Assembly: GCA_964016885.1 (NCBI GenBank)
Contig: OZ024755.1
Span: forward strand, 24,986,001-25,050,000
Length of the DNA stretch: 64,000 bases
Origin: Eledone cirrhosa
Taxonomy: Eukaryota
Reading direction: 5' to 3'
Below are positions 1 through 14,539 of this stretch, one piece after another. How positions within the stretch are numbered: position 1 is the stretch's first letter; each line of letters begins with the position of its first letter. A program made the position numbers and the translations under genes. The notes beneath the pieces are model-generated. The model worked only from the letters and a program-made list of their open reading frames with translations, was not told the DNA's origin and made no database searches.

Positions 1-37
1 TATATATATATACACACATATATATATATATATATAA

Positions 38-72
<35 letters not shown>

Positions 73-177
73 CATACACACACACATATATATATATATA
101 CACACATATATATATATATAAATACATACACACACACACACATATATATATATACACACACACACACACATATATAT

Positions 178-226
<49 letters not shown>

Positions 227-233
227 TATATAT

Positions 234-267
<34 letters not shown>

Positions 268-282
268 AAATGTGTGTGTGTG

Positions 283-825
283 TGTCAGGTTACCCTTCAA
301 CGCTTCTGGTAACATTTAACTCAGTACAACCTGTGCATGGCTGGGTCTTCGGTGACTAAACCGGCAACCCCACCGAGCTTGATTGATGAGGAAGGTCATT
401 TTGGACAACCTGAGGGATGAAAAACAAAATCGGTCAAAGGGCGGAGGAACTCAGACGAGTCAACGGCCATTCAATAAAGCTTTTTTTTTTCGTTTTGGAG
501 CGAGAGGCCCCCAGGCTTCATTAAGACATCTCTATAGGAGAAGTCACTCTGATATAAAACCTGCGACTTCATTTGTAACCAATGATGTAGATCAGTTCTT
601 TTTGGGTAAATGCATTCGATGTTCAGAGACTGGGATTGGCCCCGTGCAAAGCCTTTCCTCGCTTAAAAAAGCTTCAAGCACAGGTATCGCTTGATATGTG
701 ACTTTTTTGCGATGCATGGTATAGCTGACCATAGGTAAGTTACTAACTGGACTAAAATACCACATCCGTGATGCTCATGCTTAAGTATCAAGCGAGTGCA
801 TTACTCGAAATCGAGTTACAGCCAT
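283..825 (+). mobile_element. Bipartite RTE-derived non-autonomous retroelement, diverged subfamily
   Basis: Starts GTGTCAGGTTACC like the 9097-9708 copy. Shares the TTTTGGACA.CCTG..GG..AAAAACAAAA..GTCAAAGGGC block. Has a decayed zinc-finger end (..GLKYHIRDAHA*) and 3' end TACTCGAAATCGAGTTACAGCCAT before an AT tract. Confidence 0.7.
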
Positions 826-1054
826 GATATATATGGATGGTTTAAAAACAAGTGTATATACAACGTTCAAACATTAACTGAATGAGGACTCAATAAATGT
901 TAGAAGAAGGTAAGATTTATTTTGAGGAAAGCGTGCCAATGTGTGCGTATATGTGTGTGTGTATATATGTTACTCACAGTCGAGGATAATTTAATAGTGT
1001 ACCATGCTTTTAGGTGCTCATGTTGTATGTATACACACACAGGTATATACACAA

Positions 1055-1115
<61 letters not shown>

Positions 1116-1449
1116 GAGAGAGAGAGAGTGTGTACTTATATACATATTTATATGTAAAACAGTAAGAAAGGCCCCAGCCTCCACCCCACCCCTGTAACAA
1201 CAACAACATCAACATGACAATCAATCATCAGCTATAGCCATCAGCATCATCATCAATAAGAACAAGACGTATACAAAAGAAAATAATCCAAGATGGCAGA
1301 CGAAACAAGCGCCATTTTGAAAGAACGTATATCCACGAATATCTAAGTCACTTCAAATAAATTCTTACCCTATTTTCTCCTTTTGTTTTCATTTTAGTTT
1401 TATTGTATGAAGGTAAGGGGATGACTGCGGATGTGTGTAAGGGTGGGTG

Positions 1450-1800
1450 TTATGTTGTAGTGTTAGTGATGTTGTTGTTGTTGTTGTTGCTGTCGTTGTG
1501 CTGTGGATGTTGTTGTTGCTCTGCTGCTATCGTTGCTACTGTTTTGCTGTTGTTGTTGTTGCTTCTGTTACTGTTGCTGTCGTTGCTACTATTGTTGCTG
1601 CTTCTGTTTGTTTGTTTTTTGCTGCAGTTGTTTATATTACTGTTGTTGTCGTTGCTGTTGTTGTTGTTGCCATTGTTGTTGTTTTTTGAGGTTTTTTTTC
1701 CTGTTGCCTTTGCTACTGTTGTTATTGCTGTCGTTGTTGTTGCTACTGTTGTTGCTGTTGTTGTTGTTGCTACTGTTGTTGCTGTTGTTGTTGTTGCTAA
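1450..1800. repeat. (GTT/GCT)n trinucleotide microsatellite
   Basis: Visible directly; produces the poly-L/V/C ORFs. Confidence 0.95.
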
Positions 1801-2327
1801 TACATTTTCAGTTTATTTCTTGCTTTATTTTTTTAGTGACTCCTCCCCTCCCATTCCCTCTCCTTTTAATGTCCCTTACACACTCCTAGAACATTCAGCA
1901 CGCACGCACACACACAAACACACACGTTCACACAAGCCCGCACACATACACCACGCCTACACACATAGAACCTTACGCGCACAAACATACACTCATGCAT
2001 GCAATCACGTATACACACACATTCTTAGACCCCTTTTATTTTCAGTTGACAAACTGCTGTTTAACATCCTTTGTTCAATAGTTACCTCTGTACGTACTTA
2101 CACACACACTAATATAAACAGATACACGCATATATATATATATATATATACATACATACATGCACACATATATACACGAATACAATATTAACTACTAATT
2201 TTGGACACCCTGCAGGGTGAAAAACAAAACCTGACAAAGGGCGGAGGAACTCACGTGAGTCAACGACCTTCCCATAGGGTGGAGATATGTATATATCATG
2301 TGGGTGTGAATATATGTATATGTTAAT

Positions 2328-2561
2328 TTAACCCTTTAGCTAATAAACCGGCTGTATCAGGCCAGAGTTATCTCATCTCTTTCTGTTCAAACCGGCCGTA
2401 CCCGGCCATTCATATCGATGTTAAGGTAATAAATATTATCAAAATCTCATAGATTCGATATTATATGAGATAATTATGTAAGGTAAAGCCTTTACTGTGA
2501 AAATATAATAGAATATATAGACTAATGTATATTTAGAGTAATATAAATTCTAAATGGTTAC
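2328..2561. mobile_element. Possible piggyBac-type MITE
   Basis: TTAA-CCCTTTAG at the left end and degenerate CTAAATGG-TTAC at the right end. Confidence 0.35.
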
Positions 2562-3064
2562 AAATGTGCAGAACTGTAGTAGATTTCACAGGTTGGCATT
2601 GGATGGTCTTTTGTGGCTTCCACGTGTGTCCCAGTGACTGTTCAGCATGTCACTCAGCGAACTGATGACACATAATCTATTCCCATTCAATATGAGCACT
2701 AGCATCTCTCATTTCGAAGATCTGGTGCCTCTGATCTGGCTATCATAGGATAGTCTAGCAAAACAGGTCAGATCTAAAGGAGTCAGACTCGATAAAACTC
2801 CTGCTTGTCTCAAAGTAGTTCATGCGACCATCATCAGTTTAATTAGATGACCTCAGTGTCTTGAACGCCAGTGGCTTTGCAGATAATCAACGTTTAATTC
2901 GACAATGGGTTGGCACAACTGCTCCAATTAGCGGAGAAATCTATGAGTATAAGGGTGTGGTGAGCCGCATATATTCTAGCCATTAGAAAAAGCAAAATAA
3001 ATGCTTCACCTTCCATTGATGGATGACTCAAGAAGAAAAATAGTATAGCTATATATAAATATAT

Positions 3065-3220
3065 ATATAATGTGGGTAATAATAAATATTATCCAGTTAC
3101 AAGTATGAAAATAGCTAGGTGTAAAATTACAAATATAATACAGAACCGAAATACAATGTAAATGACAGTCAAAGAGTGTTTACACTTTCAAACATTTAAT
3201 CACTGACGATCGTTTCATCC
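3065..3220 (-). mobile_element. PLE pseudo-LTR-like fragment with the 3' half of a hammerhead
   Basis: Minus strand reads GAAA-CGATCG(palindrome)-TC-AGTG at 3201-3216, then runs into (TA)n. The 5' half is replaced by a SINE fragment. Confidence 0.45.
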
Positions 3221-3406
3221 TAGCACTTTATTTAACGTTGATCCTTCTACCTGGAGTTGCGACCGATAGATCGTATTAGCAATTGGAAAGACCAACGGAA
3301 ACATTGTTTCCTCGGTCCGATTTGACGAATGTCGATCGACAAAAAAAAAAAAAATATATATACCTCATCTGACAGTAAATTTTGCATTATTTAGCCTTCT
3401 ATCTAG

Positions 3407-3599
3407 GGCGGTGGATTGGCAGTATCGGTAGAGGGTCAGACACCATGCTTTCCAGCATAGTTACGTCCCTTTACGATCTGAGTTCAAAATCCCGCCGAGG
3501 TTGACTTTGCCTTTCATCCTTACGAGGTCGATAAAATAAAGTACCAGTAATGCACTGGGATAATTGATGGCCTTGTGCCAAAAGTAGAAACAATTATTT
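3407..3599 (+). mobile_element. tRNA-derived SINE with Nin/Deu-like domain (most abundant family)
   Basis: A-box-like TGGCAGTATCGG and B-box GAGTTCAAA.TCC. Core TTTGCCTTTCATCCTTACG.GGTCGATAAAATAAAGTACCAG, tail GGCCTTGTGCCAAAAGTAGAAACAATTATT. Other copies near 11590+,13063-,18197+,18866+,23573+,29415-,30738-,33200+,33330+,38680-,38757-,41247-,47655+,47885+,49340+,51478-,59905+,60053-. Confidence 0.9.
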
Positions 3600-3648
3600 A
3601 GCCTTCTATCTCTTTCAACGTTATATATTATATACAATGCTTCGTGTG

Positions 3649-3719
<71 letters not shown>

Positions 3720-4802
3720 AGTTTAGATGAGTTGATAATACAACTATATATTTTAAATCTCAAATGCGGGTTTATAGTCCACAGCAAGATAAATAAAAAC
3801 ACTTCACAGTTTAATCCAATCGGTAAGTTTCCAATCACAGTAGTTTTACAATACTACAGAGCATATATATATGAATAAAACATAACCAGGGTTTAATTTA
3901 ATTTGATTTAATCCTGGTTATTTTTTTATTCATAAACGAATGTTATTGACGGATATGAGGAAAAGCACTCAATACCAAAGTGGAGTTTAAATATTCAGTT
4001 ACTATGGCTAAGCAGTGAGCCGTTAATCTGGAGTTCCACCTGCATCAGATGATTCTGCGATTGCGTAGGTGAAACTCGTGAGTAACTACAACACCACCAC
4101 TACCACTAACCACCACCACCATCAACAACATCACCACCACTACCACCACCTTCACCACCAACAATAACAACAACAAAACAAAATGAAAAAAAAAGCGAAA
4201 GCACTAATTCCCATATGGAAAATATAATAGATCTGAGAAGCATGGTAAACTAACTACTGGTGAACTTTACAGAGAGGACGGCTGATCGAATTCTACCGAT
4301 GGAAGCGTAGGGTATATTTTACGTAATACAGTGCAGCTTTTAGTAAAAAGACCCACTGTTTGTTTATTCAGAAAACAGAAATCATAATTTGTTTTCATAA
4401 TTTAATACCCTTATTAGTTTGTGTATCTGTATGTGAATTCATGTGTGTACGTGTATGTGTACGAGTACGAGTGTGTGTGGGCATTTGTGGGTGTTTGTGT
4501 TTGTATATGGAAATGTGAGAGTGTATGTGCGTATATGTATGTGTGGGTATTTGTGTGTGTTTGTGTTTGTATATGGAAATGTGAGAGTGTCTGTGTGGGT
4601 ATTTGTGTGTTTGAGTTTGTATGTGGAAATGTGTGACTGTATGTGTGTGTGTATGTGTATGAGTGTACGTGTATTCACGCCAATTTCTCGAACAAAAGAA
4701 AAACATGTCCTATTTTAACTAACATCCGTCTTCATGATGGATGCCTTCACATGTCATTATATTAAGTTACACTAATGTGTATACATATAATATAGACATA
4801 TA

Positions 4803-4842
<40 letters not shown>

Positions 4843-4926
4843 TGGATATATGTATATACACATGTATATTTGGGTATATATATATATATATACCTATGAA
4901 CATATGTATATACACATGTATATTTG

Positions 4927-5039
<113 letters not shown>

Positions 5040-5112
5040 ATATATGTATATACACATGTATATTTGTATTTATATATATACATGTGGATATGTGTATATA
5101 TACATATATATT

Positions 5113-5173
<61 letters not shown>

Positions 5174-5175
<2 letters not shown>

Positions 5176-5520
5176 CGAAGGAGGTGTGGTAAGGAACCAG
5201 ACGGACCATAACGCACCAGAGTACTCAATACTTAGGGTAGTAGAGTGGGTAACAGGAAAAGATATAACCCCGACGGCAGAGCTCAAGCCGTTTCGACGGC
5301 TATTTCTGGACTAAATTAGAATTTTTAGCGTGGTAATAAATACCCGAACTTTTCAAGGGGTAATTCCTTATATGGGAAGATTGTAGTTGTCAAAAGGATT
5401 CGTCAAAATTTCTTGTAAACTCAATTAAATGTTTCATGGCGGTGGGTGGGAGGTGGGGGTGGCTCAATTTGCCTGTAGAACAATGAGGAAGGGGTGGAGC
5501 CGATCAAGCATTGAAGGTGA
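5174..5520 (-). mobile_element. Family-T short interspersed element anchored on (TA)n, unclassified (possibly PLE-derived)
   Basis: The block AACGAAGGAGGTGTGGTAAGGAACCAG..GGACCATAACGCACCAGAGTACTC..CCCCGACGGC.GAGCTC.AGCCGTTTCGAC recurs in whole or part at ~15637,19467,19740,22420,22660,23338,35360,43923,55850,60920. Confidence 0.75.
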
Positions 5521-5639
5521 ATTCTATACAGCAATTTCTAAGGCGTGTATATATATATACATACATATATATGTGTGTGTATATATATATATATATATAT
5601 ACATATATATTTGTGTGTATATATAGACATATATATTCT

Positions 5640-6271
5640 AGGGCGGGTAAAATTCCCGAGACCCATGGACGTGTTCTCCCCAGCAGTCTCTGTCCCTCAT
5701 TATCCTGCGTCTCCAACAGACCAGTGTCTGTCCTTAGGGCACCAAAATACGTTAACCTTGGTCTTCCTCTTCCAGTGTGTCCATGCAGGGGCTCCAACAT
5801 GTGCACTGAGTGCAATGTCAACTCTGGATGTTGGTGAGCATGTCCAGATAACCTCAATCTCCTCTGTGTCACTTTTGAGCTGACATTTGGGAGGCTCCCA
5901 TACAGCTCTGAGTTTTTGATCCTCAGTGTATACTGATTAATGTTCAGAGCCATCCTCAGCATTCTCGTGTAGCACCCATCTAACATCTGAGTGAGTTTCT
6001 TGGTCAGTGTCCAAGTCTCAGACTCGTACAGCAGCACAGACTCCACTACAGCAATGAAGAGGCGGATTTTCAGGTCTTTACGAAGGTCCGGCTTCCACAC
6101 CGATCTCAAGCTGTGACACGCCGCCCAGGCCTTGTTATTCCTCTCAACCACATCATATTCCGTATTCCCAATCTGTGCTCCCAAATACAGGAATTCCTGA
6201 ACCAATTCTAGCGGCTTCCCGCCTACATTAGTGATTCGCTCTGGCTTCTCAACATTCTCTACCAGATCCAT
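5640..6271 (-). mobile_element. RTE-clade LINE 3' fragment (RT C-terminus and downstream domain)
   Basis: ORF contains FLYLGAQI..AWAACHSLRSVWK..KIRLFIAVVESVLLYESETWTLT..LDGCYTRMLRMALNI..RRLRLSGH..GRGRP, which are RTE hallmarks. Confidence 0.9.
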
Positions 6272-6292
6272 ATACGTACATACATAATAATA

Positions 6293-6640
6293 ATGGCTGA
6301 AAACTTAATTTCGAGTAACGCCATCGCTTGATACTTAAGCATAATCATCACGCATGTAGCTTTTAAGCCCTGCTAGGGACTTGCCTATAGTCAGCAATAC
6401 CATACATCGCAAAAGATGGCACATATCAAGTGATGCCTGAGCTTGAAGGTTTTTTAAGTGAAGAAACGCATTGTACAGGGCTAATCCAACTCTCTGAACA
6501 TCGAATGCATTTGCCTAAAAAGAAGAATTGGTCTACATCATTGGATGCAAACGAAGTCGCAGGTTTTATATCAGAGTGACCTTCTCCTAAAGAGATGTCT
6601 TAAAGAAGACTAGGTGTCTCTCGCTTTACAAAAAAACTTT
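6293..6640 (-). mobile_element. Bipartite RTE-derived element, partial copy (283-825 subfamily)
   Basis: Reverse complement aligns to ~490-825 and reads [15 protein letters not shown]. Confidence 0.75.
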
Positions 6641-6959
6641 ATACACACACCCGATCGTACCCATAGCGGAAATACTTTATGGAATTCCTCTATTGTTACT
6701 CTAGTACCCGGAGTTTCACACACACACACATAAGATATCTGTGCGAACATTTACCCTGTATAGTGTGGACAAAGGTAGGTCTTCAATTTACTAGGTATGA
6801 TGATCTCTATTGATAGAACCGCATCACTAAATGCCGGATCCACTGTCAAGCAAGACAAAAGTACCACTTATTACGGACCCACATTTTCAAGCTCCCTCCC
6901 TCACGCACACACACAGACATCACACTATATGCATTATACCATAGAACTTAATTGCCTTT

Positions 6960-7453
6960 GCGATTAGGGTATTCGGCTCACGATTATAAGGTCATGAGTT
7001 CGATTCCCAGTGGAGCGCTGTGTCCTTGAGCAAGACACTTTATTTCACGTTGCTCCAGTCCATTCAGTTGGCAAATATGAGTTAAACTTGTAATTTGAAG
7101 GACCAACATTGTCACATTCTGCGTCACAGCGAATCTCCTCGAGAACTACGTTAAAGGTACATGCGTCTGTGGAATGCTCAAGGACTTGCTGTTAATTTCA
7201 CCGGCAGGCTGTTCCGTTGATCAGGTCAAGAGGAACACGCGCCGACCGAGTGCCAATCTGTCCCCTTTAGTGCTTTGGAAACCTCAAGCAGTCACTAATA
7301 ACAAGGGACGCAAGCTCTCCTATCCCGATTTCATCTCCAGAGATTCAGGTATTGAAATCCGGGACTTGGCAACGGCAATGAACGACAGTCCCACGTGGAG
7401 ATCAATTGTTGAGTCCATTTCGGCTGAGGCCGGCAGATGATGATGATGATGAT
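6960..7453 (+). mobile_element. tRNA-headed SINE followed by an RTE 3' end with (TGA)n tail
   Basis: B-box GAGTTCGATTCCC, then GTGTCCTTGAGCAAGACACTTTATTTCACGTTGCTCC. The 3' part translates [34 protein letters not shown] and ends TGATGATGATGAT. Confidence 0.75.
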
Positions 7454-7456
7454 ATA

Positions 7457-7515
<59 letters not shown>

Positions 7516-7519
7516 CACG

Positions 7520-7576
<57 letters not shown>

Positions 7577-7629
7577 ATACATACATATATATATATGTAG
7601 ATAAATCTACCAAGAGTTTACGGTAGTGT

Positions 7630-8479
7630 CCATATATATATATACATACATAAACACATACATATATATATATATACATACATAAATACATACATATATA
7701 TATATATATATACACATATATATACACATTAATACATATATATATATACACATATATATGCATATATACATATATATATATACACATATATATGGATATA
7801 TACATATATATATATACACATATATATGCATATATACATATATATATATATACACATATATATGCATATATACATATATATATATATACACATATATATG
7901 CATATATACATATATATATACACATATATATGCATATATGCATATATATATATATATATATACATATATATGCATATATACATATATATGCATATATACA
8001 TATATATATATATACATATATATATGCATATATACATATACACATATATATATGCAATATATAGATATATATATATACACATATATATGCATATATACAT
8101 ATATATGAGCATATATATATATATATATATATACAGATATATATACATATATATATACGCATATATATATATACGCATATATATACATATATATATACAT
8201 ATACGCATATATATATATATACGCATATATATATACAGATATATATACGCATATATATATACAGATATATATATATATATGTACATATATATATATATAC
8301 GCATATATATATATACAGATATATATATATATACGCATATATATATATACAGATATACGCATATACATATATATATATATACGCATATACATATATATAT
8401 ATATACGCATATACATATATATATATATATACGCATATACATATATATATATATACGCATATACATATATATATATATA

Positions 8480-8527
<48 letters not shown>

Positions 8528-8534
8528 TATACGC

Positions 8535-8571
<37 letters not shown>

Positions 8572-8662
8572 CATATATATATATATACGCATATACATAT
8601 ATATATATATACGCATATATATATATATATATAATATATATATATATACATATATATATACG

Positions 8663-8694
<32 letters not shown>

Positions 8695-9096
8695 ATATAT
8701 ACATATATATATATATACGCATATATATATATATATATATACGCATATATATATACAGATATATATATATACAGATATATATACATATATATACGCATAT
8801 ATATATATACAGATATATATATATATATATATTTATACATATATATATATACGCATATATATATATACAGATATATATACATACAGATATATATACATAT
8901 ATATATATATATATACATACATATATATATATATATACATATATACATACATATATACATACATATATATATATATATACATACATATATATATATATAC
9001 ATATATACATACATATATATATACATACATATATACATATATACATATATATATACATATATACATATACATATATACATATATATATATACATAT
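7630..9096. repeat. Complex (TA)n/TACA/TACGCA microsatellite block
   Basis: Visible directly; similar blocks at 16800-17980, 24680-25115, 30920-31815, 42900-43690, 44120-44860 and 46260-47115. Confidence 0.97.
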
Positions 9097-9708
9097 ATGG
9101 TGGCTGCCAACTCGTTTTCGAGTACGGCCACTACTTTATATCCATGTAGGAGAACCCCTACCGATGCGCTGAACGAGTGTGACTTTTTAGTCCAGCCAGC
9201 GACTTGAAAACTCTGGTACAAACACTACACTTGTGACAATTATTGACACATAGTGCTGGGCCCATGGTATCATGTGACGACAAGTGCAGAGAGATCTCCA
9301 GATATAAAGCAATGCCTGTGCCGTGAAGCTTTTATAGTGAGCAAAGGCACTGCACAAAGCCAGTCCCACTCTCTTAACCAAGATGATATTTACCAAAAAG
9401 AAGAACAAGTCAACATCATTGGATACCATCAGAGTTGCAGGTGTTATATCAGAGTTTTCCTTCTCCTAGAATTCTGCCTTGACAAAGGCTAAGGGGTCAT
9501 CTCTCCCGGTGATTTTGGATGGCCATTCATTCTTAAGAGCTCCTTTGCCCTTTAACAGGTTTTGTTTTTACTCCTGCGGGATGTCCAAAGTCTCCCTCCT
9601 CACCAAGAAACCTTGGTGCGGTTGCCAGTTTAGTCACCAACGACCCGACCATGAGACAGGTTGTACTGGGATACATGTTACCAGTAGCACCAACTGGTGA
9701 CCTGACAC
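9097..9708 (-). mobile_element. Bipartite RTE-derived non-autonomous element, apparently full-length young copy
   Basis: Has the RTE 5'-UTR-type motif CTAGGAGAAGGAAAACTCTGATATAACACC and an intact C2H2 finger [26 protein letters not shown] (9158-9238). Near-identical to 44861-45242, 45706-46260 and 61017-61240; both ends lie in AT/AC microsatellite. Confidence 0.8.
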
Positions 9709-10632
9709 ATATATATACATATATATATACATATACACATATATATATACATATATAAATATTTACATATATATATATACATATATATATACATATATAT
9801 ATATATACATATATATGCATATATATACACACACATACATATATATGCATATATATACACATACATATATATATATATTTATACTTATATATGCAAATAT
9901 ATACACACACATACATATATATATATGCATATATATACACATACATATATATATATATATGCATATATATACACATACATATATATATATATATTCATAT
10001 ATATGCATATATATACACACACATATATATATATATATATATACATGTATATGCATATATATATATACACACACACACATATATATATATACATGTATAT
10101 GCATATATATATATACATACACACACACACACATATATCTATATATATATATATATATACATAATTGTATGTATATGGCAGCAGAGCAAAATATTCAGTA
10201 TTGTCTATGAACAGAGACCTGCCATGTTCAATATGGTGTTTTCAATTTGAAAGAAAAGGTTAAGTTACGGATCATATGTAAGCTGTGTCCTATTTTAAGT
10301 TACTTTAAGTTATTTCACCATTTACGTTGATAATATCACTACTGCTTTTCTGGAGATTGTTGCTGAGGTTTGGAAATGGGAAGGGTAGCTGTAGAAGTTG
10401 GTACTGTTTGGTGGTAGGGGCTGTCGTTAATGATGGTGGCTGTTGTATTTCGTGTGTTGTCGTTGTTGTTTTAACTTTTAGAAGCAATTACCAAATCGAT
10501 GACCAAGGAAACAGATGTGTATGAAACATAGGTAGATATATCACCCATCTCTATTTATCTAAATACGTGGGATTACAAGGACGGTTTCAGCCTCATTCTC
10601 TTCCTTTCTATCTACCCATCTTTCTCCTATCT

Positions 10633-10701
<69 letters not shown>

Positions 10702-11764
10702 CAACTGCACTCCTTGTTATTGTTTTGTACTTTGCCAATATATATATAAAGAAGGAGAGAGCGAGATAGATAGAGAAAGATAAGTAGATAGAGGTATATA
10801 TACGTGTGTGGCTTTGTGTGTGTGTGATTACGTATAAATACATCTCACAAACACACATATTCCTTTTTATTCTTAATCGTTCTTTTCTAGTAACCGTAAC
10901 AATAGCACCAACAACAACAACAAGGACGACAACATAGATAGGAGAAAAACACACCAAAAAATAATAAGCGTGTTTGTAATGTCGGCCAAGTAATAGTGAA
11001 TCTGCCGTTGTGTTTGAAACGTAACGCTGGTGTTGTAATATATGTTTGGCTTTTCTTTTATCTATGTCTTTCGTTTTCTAGGCTTTTCTACATTTATTTA
11101 TGTTTTGTTCTGTGTTTTTAAGTCCAACGAAATCTATGGCGTCTGATGCACCACAACAGTATACATTTCCATGCCGCATATGGCTTCTAATTCTAAGTGT
11201 TTTGTATACTATCGGGTAGATTTCAGAAGCTTCAATTTCTAGTCGGATGTTTCCAACGTAATTATATCCTACGACATGTGTTACGCATTGAACGAGTAAA
11301 GAATTTATTGACGAAAGTATGTTGTGTATTTTGAGAGATCGTGTGGATGACTGAAGGGTCGGACGGCTGTTGGTATTTTGTCAGTAGCGGCGTGGTGCCA
11401 AGTCCACGAGTTACATGCAGGTACCAGATACCGAGGCCCATATCACGCCCTCGTCGTAAGCAACAATAGAAATACTGTCGAATTGACGAGTACTCATCAT
11501 CCATTGACTTACAGTGTCGAGTTCGATTCCTTCTGTAGGACTTTTATCTCAACTTGTAGAATATTCATTATTTCTTTAACTTAGTGGATCTTTACGTTCT
11601 GAGTTCAAATCTCGTCGAGCTTCACCATATCGTTTATCCTAAAGGGGTTGATAAAATAAAGTACCAGTCAAGTACTCTGGTAGAACTAATTGAGTTATCC
11701 CTCTGCTGAAATTTTTGATATTGTACCTAAACCGTTATTTATTTAACCCTTGTAGGATAAGAAA

Positions 11765-12570
11765 ACGGTTCGGTGCTATGATTTTTAGAAATATTTGGTT
11801 GTTATGATTTTTTAAAGATTCGTGTGCTGGAATTTTTTAAAAGATCCGGGTGCTATAATTTAAAAAGAAAATTCAGGTGCTATAATTTAAAAAGAAAATT
11901 CAGGTGCTATAATTTAAAAAGAAAATTCAGGTGCTATAATTTAAAAAGAAAATTCAGGTGCTATAATTTAAAAAGAAAATTCAGGTGCTATAATTTAAAA
12001 AGAAAATTCAGGTGCTATAATTAAAAAAAAAATTCAGGTGCTATAATTTAAAAAGAAAATTCAGGTGCTATAATTTAAAAAGAAAATTCAGGTGCTATAA
12101 TTTAAAAAGAAAATTCAGGTGCTATAATTTAAAAAGAAAATTCAGGTGCTATAATTAAAAAAAAAATTCAGGTGCTATAATTGAAAAAGAAAATTCAGGT
12201 GCTATAATTTAAAAAGAAAATTCAGGTGCTATAATTAAAAAAAAAATTCAGGTGCTATAATTTAAAAAGAAAATTCAGGTGCTATAATTTAAAAAGAAAA
12301 TTCAGGTGCTATAATTAAAAAAGAAAATTCAGGTGCTATAATTAAAAAAAAAAAATCGGGTGCTATAATTCTTGGGAAAATTCAGACGTTATAATTCTTT
12401 TAAAAGATTCGGTTACTGGAATTTTTTTAAAAGATCCGGGTGTTATAATTTTTTAGGAATATTCGGTTGCTATGATTTTTTTAGAAATATTCGGGAGTTT
12501 TAATTTCTAGAAATATTCGGTTGCTATCATTTTTAGAAATATTTGGGTGTTATAATTTAATTAAAATATT
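11765..12570 (+). repeat. 27-bp minisatellite GGTGCTATAATTTAAAAAGAAAATTCA
   Basis: About 19 near-perfect units at 11849-12370, with degenerate units on both flanks. Confidence 0.95.
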
Positions 12571-14150
12571 CGGGCACAATGATTAAAAAAAAACAAAAAG
12601 ACTTTTGTTTAAGACTCGTTGAACAATCTATATTTATTCACAGCAACATTTGTGCGATACATTTTCTTTAATATCTCAGCATCTGAAACTGTCATTGTAT
12701 GGGACAGGGGAGGTAGAGAGACCATTGATCTTGATTAGACTTATTTGGAAAGCAGTTTACTTACTTTCTGCTCGGGGCATCATTTATTTATTTTTTTACC
12801 ACATTCCATCCCTGTATCAACCGAGAACCTTCTTTTTCTTATTAAATTCAGCTATTTTTCAGCAGTACATATTTCCATGGAATATATACCATTATAATAA
12901 AACGCATGACATGTGTCAACCACTGTGCCAGATTTGTTTGGGAAGTAGTCATTTGAGCATGTAATACATTCATAACTGCCTCCCTTTCTCTCTCTCACAC
13001 ACAAAGTGTTGACAAGATATATCCACCTTCTAGATGGTCAGTAGCTTATCACCAGCTAACTATAATTCTTTCTACGTTTGGCACAAGGCCAGCAATTATC
13101 CCAGTGTGTTACTGGTACTTTATTTTATCGACCCCGTAAGGATGAAAGACAAAGTTAACCTCGGCGGCATTTGAACTCAGACCATAGAGGGCCGTAACTC
13201 TTGCTGCAAAAGCATGGCGTCCGACCCGCTACCGATACTGCCAATCCAATAGCTTGACATGGTATTCAGTCTACGGATAATAAAACATTTTTTTAACTGT
13301 TTACTTATTTCTATCTCTATCTATCTATCTATCTATTGAAGTATATTTAACGACGTTTATTATCTTCCCAAGTAGAATCAGCTGGACCTTTGAATTGCAA
13401 GTATAATTCATCTTGTATTAGAGACCAAGTGCTTAAGTATTCCCCAAATAAGTGTGCCCTTAACGTGATTTCAAAGACAGACCAGCTTTACAAAATATGT
13501 GATAAGTTGAGATTTTTTAACTACATGTACCATCTATGTGACATACTTTCGTGCAATTTCCATCTAACTAATGTCACCCTCAAAGCTTGGGTTTTATTGA
13601 AATTAATTTCACAGAAGTGGCTTAACACCCATTGATAATTACATAAATATGAAAAAGAAAGATAAAAGATAAAAACGAAATTAAGTAATGAGAAAAAGGG
13701 GACGGGGTAATAAAAGGCAGATCTGGCTGTGTGGGAAAGTAGAGAAAAGGACTATAAATGCCATTAAATGAGAGAAAAGGAAGGAAAAAACTAGTACTCT
13801 TGGGTCACACAAGAAAGGGAGTGGGAACGGTAGAGGGCTCTGGGCTCTGGGCAGGGTGGTGTTTGGGCTGCGCTGAGTCGAAGTTATGGTAAATGACATT
13901 TGCTAAAGAAGCGAACTTCTTAACCACTCAACAATGCTCAGCCACTTACAAGTTAATTCCATGAACAGATTATTCCGTTGATTGAACAACTGAAACAATC
14001 ATCGTCGAAACTGACAGAGATCCATCCATTCCAGATATTACGTTATCTACAGCATCTCCATCCCCTTTTCTCAAAAGCCTTTTCCTTATTTCATAACCCC
14101 TATTCTATTAAAACAACGAAAAGCATATAAATTCACATACACACACGCAA

Positions 14151-14187
<37 letters not shown>

Positions 14188-14284
14188 AATATATGTAGAA
14201 GTTATATTTAATTTGTTGGGGTACAACAAGCAAATATTTTTATAACTGATATAAAGCACTCATCAAATTTTTGGAGTAAAATAC

Positions 14285-14539
14285 AATATATTAACAAATG
14301 GAAACTATATTTATAAAACCATATTTATTTCATTATACATACTTCAAGGACACCAAAGCAAATTATGGTGCGCTTTCAACCGACATGGTTGCATTCTTTA
14401 AGGGTATGTCAATATTTGTTTATAAAACTGATCTATATTATATTTTATCTGATGAAAGCGCACCATAATTTGCTTTGGTGTCCTTGAAATATGTATAATG
14501 AAATAAATATGGTTTTATAAATATAGTTTCCATTTGTCA

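Noticed and set aside
1403-2191. 262-aa Leu/Val/Cys-rich ORF resembling a membrane protein or metallothionein
   Set aside because: (GTT)n repeat artefact
3407-3500. tRNA genes
   Set aside because: The A/B boxes belong to SINE heads; no cloverleaf
11849-12370. 27-bp repeats as a CRISPR array
   Set aside because: Head-to-tail units without spacers, no cas genes, eukaryotic context
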